From Mobula hypostoma (taxonomy: Eukaryota), in assembly GCF_963921235.1 (NCBI RefSeq), contig NC_086101.1, positions 20,956,001 through 21,020,000 of the forward strand: 64,000 bases of DNA, written 5' to 3'. Shown one piece after another: positions 25,891-38,019 of this stretch. The notes under the pieces were generated by a model. The model worked only from the letters and a program-made list of their open reading frames with translations, was not told the DNA's origin and searched no databases. The translations under genes were made by a program, and so were the position numbers. The stretch's first letter is position 1, and the number at the start of each line of letters is the position of its first letter.

Positions 25891-26471
25891 AAAAACTGTA
25901 TTTTTTCGTTAGGATTCTCGTCTTCCCATTCGTCCGGTCTGTGGACGAAACAGGATAACAAACCCGGGCTTTCTGAACTTTCCAAAGAGCGGCAGTTTCC
26001 CAATCGCTTGCAATGATCCATTTCATCTCTTGGTTTAAAGCAACGATTCACAAACGCGGACACACCAGTCAAAATGCATTTGGAGTCCATAAAAATAATC
26101 AAAAACAATTAAAATGGTACAATAAACTCGAAATAACTTCAAGGACACCAGCGACAGAATAATAAATGTTTATGGATCTGTGATTTGCTTCTTAATCGTG
26201 CTTGAGTTTCTTATGTTTCCTTCTTTGACAGAGCTTTGTAACCTTGTGGACAACTTCTGAAAGGCAATTTCGAGTTAGCCCTTTCATTGCCTGATCCGCT
26301 TTGAGTTCCTCTGATCCTGGCCCCCGCATTTAATACATTCAAAGAATTATATAAATAAGACTTCAAGGAGCAAACTGAATGAAATTTCGTTCGCGCTTGC
26401 GCTTGCGAATGACTTATTTTTGCGAGACCAGGTAAGTAGATTTGAAGTAGTAATACAGTAGTAATACAGTA

Positions 26472-29400
26472 CAGACATCCCACCCGGTCAGAGACATCCT
26501 GGACCCTGGCACCCTGCAAAGACTCATTTCAGGGAGATAGCACCACCATTTCAGGGAGCTAGCACCCCCGCCCCCCGCAACCCCATATCCAACCGCCCCC
26601 GCCCCCGTCGACTTCCAAGGGTGCAAGTATACAAGACATTTAATTATGAAAGAACAGAACAATTTATTTGACGCATATTGAAAGTATTTACACACACACA
26701 ATATGAGTATATATATTGTATATATATTCCTTGTTGAGTATTTTGTTGGCAATCTCAATGCGAATGCAAATAGCTTTTCTAGTTCTTTTGCAAACTTTCC
26801 TTGTACTGTGATGTGGTTCTGCTGAAAAGAACTGTGAAATACTTGAGCAGCCTTCCCTGCGATTAGCCTCCCTAATATGTTGTGGTCCCTAAAAGAAATA
26901 AAAGCATAAGGTGTATCCTTATTATATTGTCTTATGTAATACTTTGTTTAGTGATTTTACCTAATCTGTAAACCAATCTGTAATCTGTAAACCGGGTATA
27001 TGCAGAAACATAGAAACATAGAAAATAGGTGCAGGAGTAGGCCATTCGGCCTTTTGAGCCTGCACCGCCATTTATTATGATCATGGCTGATCATCCAACT
27101 CAGAACCCCGCCCCAGCCTTCCCTCCATACCCCCTGATCCCCGTAGCCACAAGGGCCATATCTAACTCTCTCTTAAATATAGCCAATGAACTGGCCTCAA
27201 CTGTTTCCTGTGGCAGAGAATTCCACAGATTCACCACTCTCTGTGTGAAGAAGTTATTCCTAATCTCGGTCCTAAAAGGCTTCCCTTTATCCTCAGACTG
27301 TGACCCCTCGTTCTGGACTTCCCCAACATCGGGAACAATATTCCTGCATCTAGCCTGTCCAATCCCTTTAGGATTTTATGCGTTTCAATCAGATCCCCCC
27401 TCAATCTTCTAAATTCCAACGAGTACAAGCCCAGTTCATCCAGTCTTTCTTCATATGAAAGTCCTGCCATCCCAGGAATCAATCTGGTGAACCTTCTTTG
27501 TGCTCCCTCTATGGCAAGGATGTCTTTCCTCAGATTAGGGGACCAAAACTGCACACAATACTCCAGGTGTGGTCTCACCAAGGCCTTGTACAACTGCAGT
27601 AGTACCTCCCTGCTCCTGTACTCGAATCTTCTCGCTATAAATGCCAGCATACCATTCGCCTTTTTCACCGCCTGCTGTACCTGCATGCCCACTTTCAATG
27701 ACTGGTGTATAATGACACCCAGGTCTCGTTGCACCTCCCCTTTTCCTAATCGGCCACCATTCAGATAATAATCTGTTTTCCTATTTTTGCCACCAAAGTG
27801 GATAACTTCACATTTATCCACATTAAATTGCATCTGCCATGAATTTGCCCACTCACCCAACCTATCCAAGTCACTCTGCATCCTCTTAGCATCCTCCTCA
27901 CAGCTAACACTGCCACCCAGCTTCGTGTCATCCGCAAACTTGGAGATGCTGCATTTAATTCCCTCATCCAAGTCATTAATATATATTGTAAACAACTGGG
28001 GTCCCAGCACTGAGCCTTGCGGTACCCCACTAGTCACCGCCTGCCATTCTGAAAAGGTCCCGTTTATTCCCACTCTTTGCTTCCTGTCTGCTAACCAATT
28101 CTCCATCCACATCAATACCTTACCCCCAATACCGTGTGCTTTAAGTTTGCACACTAATCTCCTGTGTGGGACCTTGTCAAAAGCCTTTTGAAAATCCAAA
28201 TATACCACATCCACTGGTTCTCCCCTATCCACTCTACTAGTTACATCCTCAAAAAATTCTGAGATTCGTCAGACATGATTTTCCTTTCACAAATCCATGC
28301 TGACTTCGTCTGATGAATTCACCGCTTTCCAAATGTGCTGTTATCACATCTTTGATAACTGACTCCAGCAGTTTCCCCACCACCGACGTTAGGCTAACTG
28401 GTCTATAATTCCCCGGTTTCTCTCTCCCTCCTTTTTTAAAACGTGGGGTTACATTAGCCACCCTCCAATCCTCAGGAACTAGTCCAGAATCTAACGAGTT
28501 TTGAAAAATTATCACTAATGCATCCACTATTTCTTGGGCTACTTCCTTAAGCACTCTAGGATGCAGACCATCTGGCCCTGGGGATTTATCTGCCTTCAAT
28601 CCCTTCAATTTACCTAACACCACTTCCCTACTAACACGTATTTCTCTCAGTTCCTCCATCTCACTGGACCCTCTGTGCCCTACTATTTCTGGAAGATTAT
28701 TTATGTCCTCCTTAGTGAAGACAGAACCAAAGTAATTATTCAATTGGTCTGCCATGTCCTTGCTCCCCATAATCAATTCACCTGTTTCTGTTTGTAGGGG
28801 ACCTACATTTGTCTTTACCAGTCTTTTCCTTTTTACATATCTATAAAAGCTTTTACAGTCAGTTTTTATGTTCCCTGCCAGTTATCTCTCATAATCTTTT
28901 TTCCCCTTCCTAATTAAGCCCTTTGTCCTCCTCTGCTGAACTCTGAATTTCTCCCAGTCCTCAGGTGAGCCACTTTCTCTGGCTAATTTGTATGCTTCTT
29001 CTTTGGAATTGATACTATCCCTAATTTCTCTTGTCAGCCACGGGTGCACTACCTTCCTTGATTTATTCTTTTGCCAAACTGGGATGAACAATTGTTGTAG
29101 TTCATCCATGCAACCTTTAAATGCTTGCCATTGCATATCCACCGTCAATCCTTTAAGTGTCATTTGCCAGTCTATCTTAGCTAATTCACGTCTCATACCT
29201 TCAAAGTTACCCCTCTTTAAGTTCAGAACCTTTGTTTCTGAATTAACTATGTCACTCTCCATCTTAATGAAGAATTCCACCATATTATGGTCACTTTTAC
29301 CCAAGGGGCCTCTCACGACAAGATCGCTAATTAACCCTTCCTCATTGCTCAAAACCCAGTCCAGAATAGCCTGCTCTCTAGTTGGTTCCTCGACATGTTG

Positions 29401-30210
29401 GTTCAAAAAACCATCCCGCATACATTCCAAGAAATCCTCTTCCTCAGCACCTTTACCAATTTGGTTCACCCAATCTACATGTCGATTGAAGTCACCCGTT
29501 ATAACTGCTGTTCCTTTATTGCACACATTTCTAATTTCCTGTTTAATACCATCTCCGACCTCACTACTACTGTTAGGTGACCTGTACACAACTCCCACCA
29601 GCGTCCTCTGCCCCTTAGTGACATTAAAATATTATCATGGAGTCGCTTTTTAATTCTATTACAACTTTAAGCATGTCTGCAGGGAGTTTGGCCTCATCTC
29701 GTAGGATATCAATAGAGTAGCTCCTTAGCAGCTGGCCAGTTAGTTTAAATAACGTTAGCTATGCTAGTGAACGAATGACACCTGTTAAACTCACCTCAAC
29801 ATGTCTTTTACAGTCCTAACACACAATGGGCAATAGAAGAGTCACTGTTGCAAACAGTGCAGCGACCAACACTGTCATTATTTTTGACCCCTATTGGGCA
29901 GGGGTACAGTTTAGTGTAATCTGGGCTGAAGTGCGTTTTATATTTTCTTTCTTTTGCGCGACACGAAACTGAACTGATGGAGAGACACAGGTCGACTGTA
30001 AAGCCCGCCCACAGAGAAAACTGATAGGTCTACTTAGCATAAAGAGAGACCAATCAGGATGCTCGCTCTCGCTCCCGTTCTCCCTCTCCCTCTCCCTCTC
30101 CCTCTCCCTCTCATTGCCGGGATATTGTATATAATTTGCGGGCGTCAGGGAGCTGCTATTAATATGCGGGAGACTCCCGGAAGAAATTTTCGGGAGAGGT
30201 GGGATGTTTG
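26472..30210. mobile_element. Possible non-autonomous DNA element delimited by a 13-bp inverted repeat, with a CR1 inside
   Basis: CAGACATCCCACC at 26472 and GGTGGGATGTTTG ending near 30210 (1 mismatch). No TSD seen. Confidence 0.3.
27003..29610 (-). mobile_element. Young 5'-truncated CR1 (part of APE, RT, 3' tail); same family as 55156-58890
   Basis: ORFs 27231-28232 (KFADDTKLGG), 28249-28776 and 28882-29598; agaaacatagaaacatagaaaatagg tail. Confidence 0.95.
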
Positions 30211-31309
30211 GTAATATTGATAGAGGAATGCGGTGAAAGAGTTTCCCTGTAAAGATAAAGAAGAGAATGAGAAAGAACCCCATGTTGAACGCGTGAAGAA
30301 ATCGCTGGGAGAGACCTTAGTGCCACCAAGCTCGCTGGAGATAAGTTATGGCTGGAAACAGGAGATACCAGGCATGTGATTCCTTTCATGGTTGGACACA
30401 AGGACGGTGGCCTATGGGTGCTCTTTTGATTGAAGGAAAATTTAACATTTTAAACAAGAAACTGGTAGTTGTGACGGAGATACTACCTGAGAGTATGATT
30501 ATTCGATGACGTGTTTTAATTTATGCACTTTGCTTTGTTTACTTGTGCGCAATTCGTTGGTAGATTTTATTCTTACTTTAATAAGCTGTTGCATGTTATG
30601 AGAGTGGAGTATTGCCTCTGTGTTTTACACCTTGGTTCGGGGAGGAGTTGTTTCGTTCGGCAGTGCGCATGTGTGTAGTTGAATGACAGTGGACTTGATA
30701 CGAATATGTGGCTGGAGGTCGCCAAGCGACATCAATCTCCGAAACAAAAAAAAAGACCAAACGACTTCCAAACAAAAGAAAAGGGAGGTGTCTCAAGGGT
30801 TAGCCCCGTTGGGTAGTCTAAAACAGCCCAAGCCTATCCCGGATTCTCTTAACATTAAATCTTCTGTAGACGTTTTAATGTTAACAGAAGCTAGACGACA
30901 GAATCAAAGAGCCCGACCCCGATTTATAATGCTCGGCAACCAAAGCCGACGAGCAGGAGAGGGGCGTGCTTTAAACCAAAGAATTATCCAGGAAAGATGA
31001 GCTCATTTTCACGGTCCTTTCTGCACCGGAGAAGGTTAAAGTTATGTTCCGTCACCATCAGTATTCACTCAGCCTTCCGCCTGACGACATCCGAACAGCA
31101 CAAGCGCGGGTCGACGCAGCGGCATTGTCATGCAGGAAAAGGAAGGAACACACATACGATCACACAACAATGTTTTACCCGGGAATATCAACACCCCCCC
31201 CCCACCCCCGAGAGTATATGAAACCTGCTTGATTTGTTTGCAAAACAATAGTAAAACAACAGCAAAGTTCGATCCTTTATCAATACCCAGAGAACCCTTC
31301 AATTGCTTA

Positions 31310-31500
31310 CAGATCTCTGTAAGGGAACGCTACAGGCTGCAATCTCCAGGATGCAGAAGTATGTGATGAGGGTTGCGCTGTAGCTTGGTGCCGCCAATGC
31401 AAATGCTGCAGGGGTACGGACCACGGTACAGGGTGCTTCCACTGCTGTACATGGAGGGGCTGAGTACAACACTGAAATGTTGTATCAGGGGGCCACATGA
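31310..31500 (+). mobile_element. Tx1-clade LINE 3' remnant
   Basis: SRMQKYVMRVAL*LGAANANAAGVRTTV aligns with the end of ORF 24779-25678. Confidence 0.55.
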
Positions 31501-34500
31501 GTAACAATGGTTTGATGTTTAAAATAGTAAGGTAACACTGCTGAATATATTGACCATGGATGTAAACAGTTTGCGGCTCTTTATTTAAATAAGTTCATGT
31601 GCCGTGTGCATGAGGACAAAGGATCAATTTCCCTGCCCTTGAGCTCTCACTCCAAGTGCCATTCTGGTGCAAACTTCATGTTGAGTTGAATTTCACCCAT
31701 AAGAATTGTATCAAATTTATCAAGATAATTGCAGTACATAGAATTCACTTAAACATTTTGTAGTTAAGGCACAAAGGACAATTGTGTGCAGTTCTGGTCA
31801 CCTACCAACAGGAAAGGTGTCAATAAGATGGGACAGTGCAGTGAAAATTTACAAGGATGCTGCCAGGATTTGAGCACCTGAGTTAAATGGTAGTGTTGAA
31901 TAGATTAGAACTTTATTACATAGAGTGTTAAAGAATGGGGGGGGGGATTTGATAAAGGTTACAAAATCATGTGGGGTGTACTTGGGGTAAATGTAAGCAT
32001 TTTTTTTCCATTGAGAGTGGGAGGAGATACTGGAACAAGAGGTTATTGGTTAAGAGTGAAAGTTGAAATGTTCAAGAGGAGCATGAGGGAGTACTTCTTC
32101 AGTCGGTGGTAATGAGAGTGTAGAATGGGTTACCAGCAGAAGTGATGGATGCTGGTTCATTTTCAACATTCAAGAGAAATTTGGAGAGGTCCATGGATGG
32201 GAGGGGCGTGGAGGGTTCTGGTCGAAGTACACAGCAATGGGACAAACAGATAAATAGTTCGGCACAGACTAGATAGGCCAAAGGGCACGTTTCTATCCTG
32301 TAGAATACTATCACTTTTGGTCTCTATGATTTTTTTTTTCTGGGTTTGTAGCAGACTGCTGATTTTAATCACCAGAGGCTGTGTTCTCAAATCTTTCAAC
32401 ACAAGCTTTGGAACCCTCATTTAAATGCTTTTGGGAAAGATATTTCAAAGTCAAAGGTCAAAGGTCCAATTTAATGTCAGAGAAATGTATACAATATACA
32501 TCCTGAAATGCTTTTTCTTCGCAACCATCCACGAAAGCAGAGGAGTGCCCAAAGAATGAATGACAGTTACGTGTTAGAACCTCAAAGCACCCCCCCCCCA
32601 GCTCCCCTCCCTCTCGAGCCTAAGCGGCAGCAAGCAACAATACCCCCTGCCCCCACTGGCCGAAAATGCATCGGCACCCACCACCGAGCACTCAAGCATA
32701 AACAAAGCAATAGCAAAGACACAGACTTGCAGTTGCTCCAAAGACTTCGCGTTTCACCCGGTGTACGACATACCACAGACTCTTTCCCTCCCTAACGAGG
32801 GAGAAAGAGGTTTCCCCGTTTTCCCAGTGAGCAGGGAGACATAACAAACAACTCACTGGTTTACAATGTTAAAACTCTGTTACAGTCCCTCTTTATACTG
32901 GAAACTAGTTTAACATGATTAGATAGGGGAGTCTCCAATGATAGGCAGGCTTCATTTGCATTTGGCGTGACATCTCAGGCTTGCAGATATAGAAATAATG
33001 TAAGTACAGAGCCAACAAAATGAAAATTACTGAAAATCCCCTGTAAGTTTACAAACAGGTGATTAAACAAACACGCAAGTAAACATAAAGAAAGTTGAGC
33101 GAAAGGAAAAATAACACTTTACATAGCAATTTAAACCCTAATCCAACACTGTCGTACCAGCTGAGTGTCCCCTGAATTTGTGTAACTCTTATACTGTTAT
33201 AGATGTTAAATAAGTGCCTGATCCCTATCTGATAAGATTGCTAATCACAGTATTTCAATGGAAATGATTGGAAACCTTTCTGGTCGAGAGCCATCATTCA
33301 ACCAACATCGCTAAAGTTGCCTAATCTCTATTTGCTATATTTGTGACAGTTGTTTCAAAGTAATGAGTGGTCAGATACTTCAGTCAAAGATAAGGTTATT
33401 CTTTTCTTTGGGTCTTTGGAACTCCATTTATTAAATCATTTAAAAATATTTTTAAGGCAAAGATAGCTCAATTCTTGATGAGCAAGAGGATGGAAGGTTT
33501 TTGGATAAACAAGAACATTAGAGTTGAAGTTACACTTAGATTATTCCCTACTTTACTGGGCACCAAAGCAGACTTGTGGTCCAAGGGTGTAGCCTATACT
33601 ATTAATACAAGCATTTGCCTGTTAAATGAGACCTCAAAATTGGCTATTCAGCTTGAGTGCAGATCAGACTCATTCACTAAGTTACACTGTAGCCTAGTGA
33701 TGTCTTTAGAGAAAGAAGATATTGCATCTTACTTCTTTCCGATGGGAGTGTTTTAAATGTCTTTGCAGTTCTCCAATTTTGGAGGGAAAAAGTTGGCCAG
33801 GATTCACATCCCTCATGTAAACTGCCACAAAAGACACTGAATGAGGCAAATGGAACTGAATTTTAAAACCACATTACAGGGAAGTATTTATAAATGGTCT
33901 CAGCCCAAGCGACGATTTTTTTCAGTCATCATGCTAAAATCAAAGCAATCTTTAATTGTTTTGTGACTAAGAAATAGAAATAAAAGTAAGCTCCTCAATC
34001 TTTCTCTGATATTCAACATAATTTTTGCTAATTATCTACTTTTACTGCAATCTTCCCATATCCAGTGATTAATTTAATACACAGAGATCGATTGAACTTT
34101 TCTTGAAATTGAACTTGCAGATTGAGATCCCACAGATTCCTTATCTCAGTACTAAATGGCATGTTGCTTATTGTGTGACTGTGACCTGGTTTTAAATTCC
34201 CTTATTTGGTGGAAATGATCAGCTGTCTATCTACACTGTGAAGCACTGTAAGAACTTTGTGAATTTCAGTGAGATCACCGTCCATTCTTCCAAATTCTAC
34301 AGAATACAGGCCTAGAAGACACAGACTCACATTTTGCTACAAACTGAAACCAGCTCAGTGAAATCGCTCTGTATAAAATCATACTACATATCCCACTGGT
34401 CACAGCATGCTGGTCTGAGAAAGCAGAATTTCTTTTCATCACTTTTTGCTTTATTCAGTTGTCGGCCACATCAACATATTACCATGAACTGCATGTAATA

Positions 34501-36950
34501 TGTAGTTATTGCATGCAGTTATTACACTTTGTTGACCAGCTACCTATATGGAGCATCATTCCAAGCCTTCTGAGAAACATACAAGGCACATTCACTGGTT
34601 CCCCTTTATCCTTTCTGTTGATCACATTCTCAGAAGATCAGTCAAGGTACTTCTTGTTTCATAAATCCATGTTTACTGTGTTGAATCCTGTTTCATGATG
34701 TTCTATTATCAAATTGTAAATTCTAGCAATTTTTCTGCTATTAACATCAAGCAAATGTGTCAGTAGATCTCTGCTTCATCTCTCCCTCCTTTAGAGGGTT
34801 TACAGTCTGCAGAACAACTCTAGAATCCATGGAATTTTAGAAGACTCTAAGAAAACATTTCCTTTCTCAACCACAGGCTATTTAAAAAAATCAGTGATGC
34901 AGATTCTCAGAATTTATCACCAACTTCCCTATTTCATTTCCTTCAGTTTTCTTTCCCGTGATGCCCTTTGTTCTTTAGTATTTGTCGCAGTTGATTACAA
35001 ACTCTCCACTCTGCCTGCTTGTGCAAGAAACCCCTATTTGCTGTCCTTTAGCTGAAAGTGGAAGACAGAATAAAACTCTGTGGTTCTCAATATTTTAGTT
35101 GTCAAAAATTTCAGTAGTACAATACCATGCTCCTTTCTTTTCAATGTTACGTGATAAAAGATGAATTTAATCTTTGTGCACACAATTGCCAGGAACTGTA
35201 CTATTAATCTGTGAGACATAATGCTCATGGTCTTGGGCTATATGTGTTTTTTTGTGCAACAATGATTTTTTGCTCATGATTATGTACGTACTGTGTATGC
35301 TTTGCACCTTGGCCCAGAGGAATGCTGTTTTGTTCGGCTGTAGTCATGTATGGTTGAATGATGGTTAAACTTGATTTGATCTGAGAGTTGTAAATTCCCA
35401 AGTTTTATTTTCAATGATAAATCATACCAGTCCTAAAATATAACAAGGCCCTTCCTTTCTTTCATGATTTTCCATTATGAACTCTATGTGATGTTTGAAG
35501 CACATGACAGGAAGCTTAGACTGTTCTCTGAGCTGCTCCTTCACCCAACATGAAACCAGTGACTTACCATCAAGGCTTTTTATCATCATCTCAGACGTTT
35601 TTTGACCAAATGACAGTTGTCCCATCATCCCTTGGTCCTCTGTTCCACATATATCAGTCACCAACCCCTGTCTCACTCCTCCTCCTCTCCTCTTCATGCC
35701 AGCTATCTTCCCTCTCCTGATGCAATGTCTTGTCCCAAAGCTTTGACAATCTTTTTGTTGCCCCCCACCCTTTCTAATCAGATGCTCCCTGAACCACCGT
35801 GTTTCTGCAGCAGATTGTTTGTTTTTTTTTTGCTGCAGGTCATTCCACTGCTCTTTCACTATTCCGGTGCTTTACTCCTTTAAGGGACGCTGGAATTTCT
35901 AGGTCAGTGTTGGCCCTTTCTGTGCCAGACCACCGAGGCACATTTTGTTGAAAGCCACAACAATTCCAAATGCTTGTGTTTGCAAAGAGCAAGCGTATCA
36001 CCTTCACACAGGGAAATGCATACCATAAATAAAGTTAAAGGCTTAGTTTACTAATAAAATAAAATACAAAATGACATGCCAGAATGATACCCGTACCAAA
36101 CAGGAAATGATGAAAATACACTGTGGATGACAGACCATGCACAACACTTACCATTCTTAGATACCTACAATCTCTGCCATACCAGATTATATGTAGGCAG
36201 AGGCAATAATTTTCTTTGAGATGTAGCATAGACTAGTTGCAGACTAAAATACACAATGATTCAGTCTCCAAAAATTCCAAATCTTTACAATCCCCTGAGG
36301 AGAAACTCTATTTCATTGCCAGCTTAAACTCTGACATTTTCTGTAAATACACTTTTGAATTCTAGATTCTCCACTAGGAGAAACATCACCTCAGCATCAA
36401 TCTTGATTTGACATCTACCCAGAATGTTAATCTTCTGCATGGTCAGCAGTTAACCATATACCCTTTGATCAGCTTAGATTCAACCTGCTCAACCTTTCCT
36501 TATAAGATAACCCTTTGACCCCATGAACAAACCAAATGAGTCTTTCCTGATCTGCCTCCAATGCAAGCTATTAGTGCATCACACTTCTCCACAACTCAAC
36601 AACCAGATATAAACCACACCCTCACCTCTCGGTCTCTCATTCACTCCAATTTCCCTCCTTAGGACTGATCACCTTGCTGTGTACTTCCAACATTTCTCAT
36701 TTGGGGTTCCCCAGCTTGTCTCCCAGTCCTTCCGAACCACACTCTCAGTGGAAACCTGTTCCAACACCTGATCCGCTCTCCCAATGTGCAAGTCAGTGGT
36801 ATCAGCTGTAGGCAGTGCAAGAATTAGCTGAGCAAAAAAAAATTGCTGGGATTAAAGGGCACTTCAATTTCAAGCTTATATTTCCTATGGTGGAGGATCA
36901 ACAGAGTGTTGAACTCCTCTCTTCCATGTTTGTTGCTGCCAATGTTGTGT

Positions 36951-37040
36951 TCACATCAGGATTGTGTCATCGTATATCGTCGTGAGCTCTGCCCTCGGAT
37001 TTTGCCGTCCTTTGTTGGCATCCAGTTGATGTAAATGTCT
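36951..37040 (-). CDS. Candidate terminal cytoplasmic exon of the CD2/SLAM-like gene
   Basis: Strong acceptor tacttttttttcaaaccacag. Phase 0 gives RHLHQLDANKGRQNPRAELTTIYDDTILM*; phase 2 gives DIYINWMPTKDGKIRGQSSRRYTMTQS*. Locally CpG-rich. Confidence 0.5.
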   Translation of the reverse strand, partial: RHLHQLDANKGRQNPRAELTTIYDDTILM

Positions 37041-37463
37041 CTGTGGTTTGAAAAAAAAAGTAATTTCAATGATCCATGTGTTTAGACTTTGTGATTATCT
37101 GACTTGTTCTGGAAACACAATGTCCACGGAGAGAACGCAGAAGACTGTTTAAAGGGAATTGAATACAAGATAGTTTTCATACTTTAGCACTGATAAATCA
37201 AAGAATTGAAAAAAAATCAGTATAATTTTTGAAGTATAGGGCGGAATAGAGAGATTTTATATCATAACATAAAGTAAAATGTGTTTTCTAATTGTTAGGC
37301 ATCTTTACACTGTGGGCTACTGAGAACTGGCTGCAGAGTTCTGCTTTCTATGATAATTTCCATCCCTCTATCTCTGCAAAGGGAGTACTTTACAGTAGTG
37401 TGGAGGTTTTAACTGCGGAGAAAGCTTCATGCTATAAGACATGGAAAGGAATGGAGACATTAC

Positions 37464-37558
37464 CCTGCTATGGAGTGTCTTTCCCAATGCCTTGTGGAAT
37501 ATTGCAGGGGCAGCTCTAATGTAAAGAGTCACATACTCTTCCACTTCAAACACAAAAA
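37464..37558 (-). CDS. Candidate internal cytoplasmic exon (two possible acceptors, 37558 or 37515)
   Basis: Donor AGG|gtaatg; acceptors tttcacctgcttttgactcag and ctctttacattag. The frames link the TM exon to the 37040 exon without stops. Confidence 0.4.
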
Positions 37559-38019
37559 CTGAGTCAAAAGCAGGTGAAACCATACATGTTATCAGCTTAT
37601 CAGGATTGTACAAATATAATGTGCTACCTTTAGTACTAACCTCTCTCTTACCCTCTCCATCTCCATCTCTCTCTCTCTCCTGTTTCTTGTTCCAGTCCTA
37701 CCTGTTATCCGATTACTCATCTGTATTTTTATTCAGACCCATGGTGTGTGACCATTTTCTGCAGTCAGCATCCACACCACATTGAGCTCCACAACTTCTA
37801 CATTTCCTAGCCAACAGGACAAATTTTATTGATAATTTAAAAAAATATATATTTTTTGTTCTCCCATAGACTTGCCCCTTCCCAGCAGCAATCGCTCTGA
37901 GTAATATAATCCTCTAAAAAAACTTCACCTTGTCACTGAAGGAATGCAACAAACTGATTGGATAGCTGCATCTAATCAGTTGTAAAATTCTAAAACAATA
38001 AAATCCCTCTCTAATCATA

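Noticed and set aside
33890-33930. TIYKYF motif on the minus strand as an ITSM exon
   Set aside because: It is preceded by in-frame stops with no usable acceptor.
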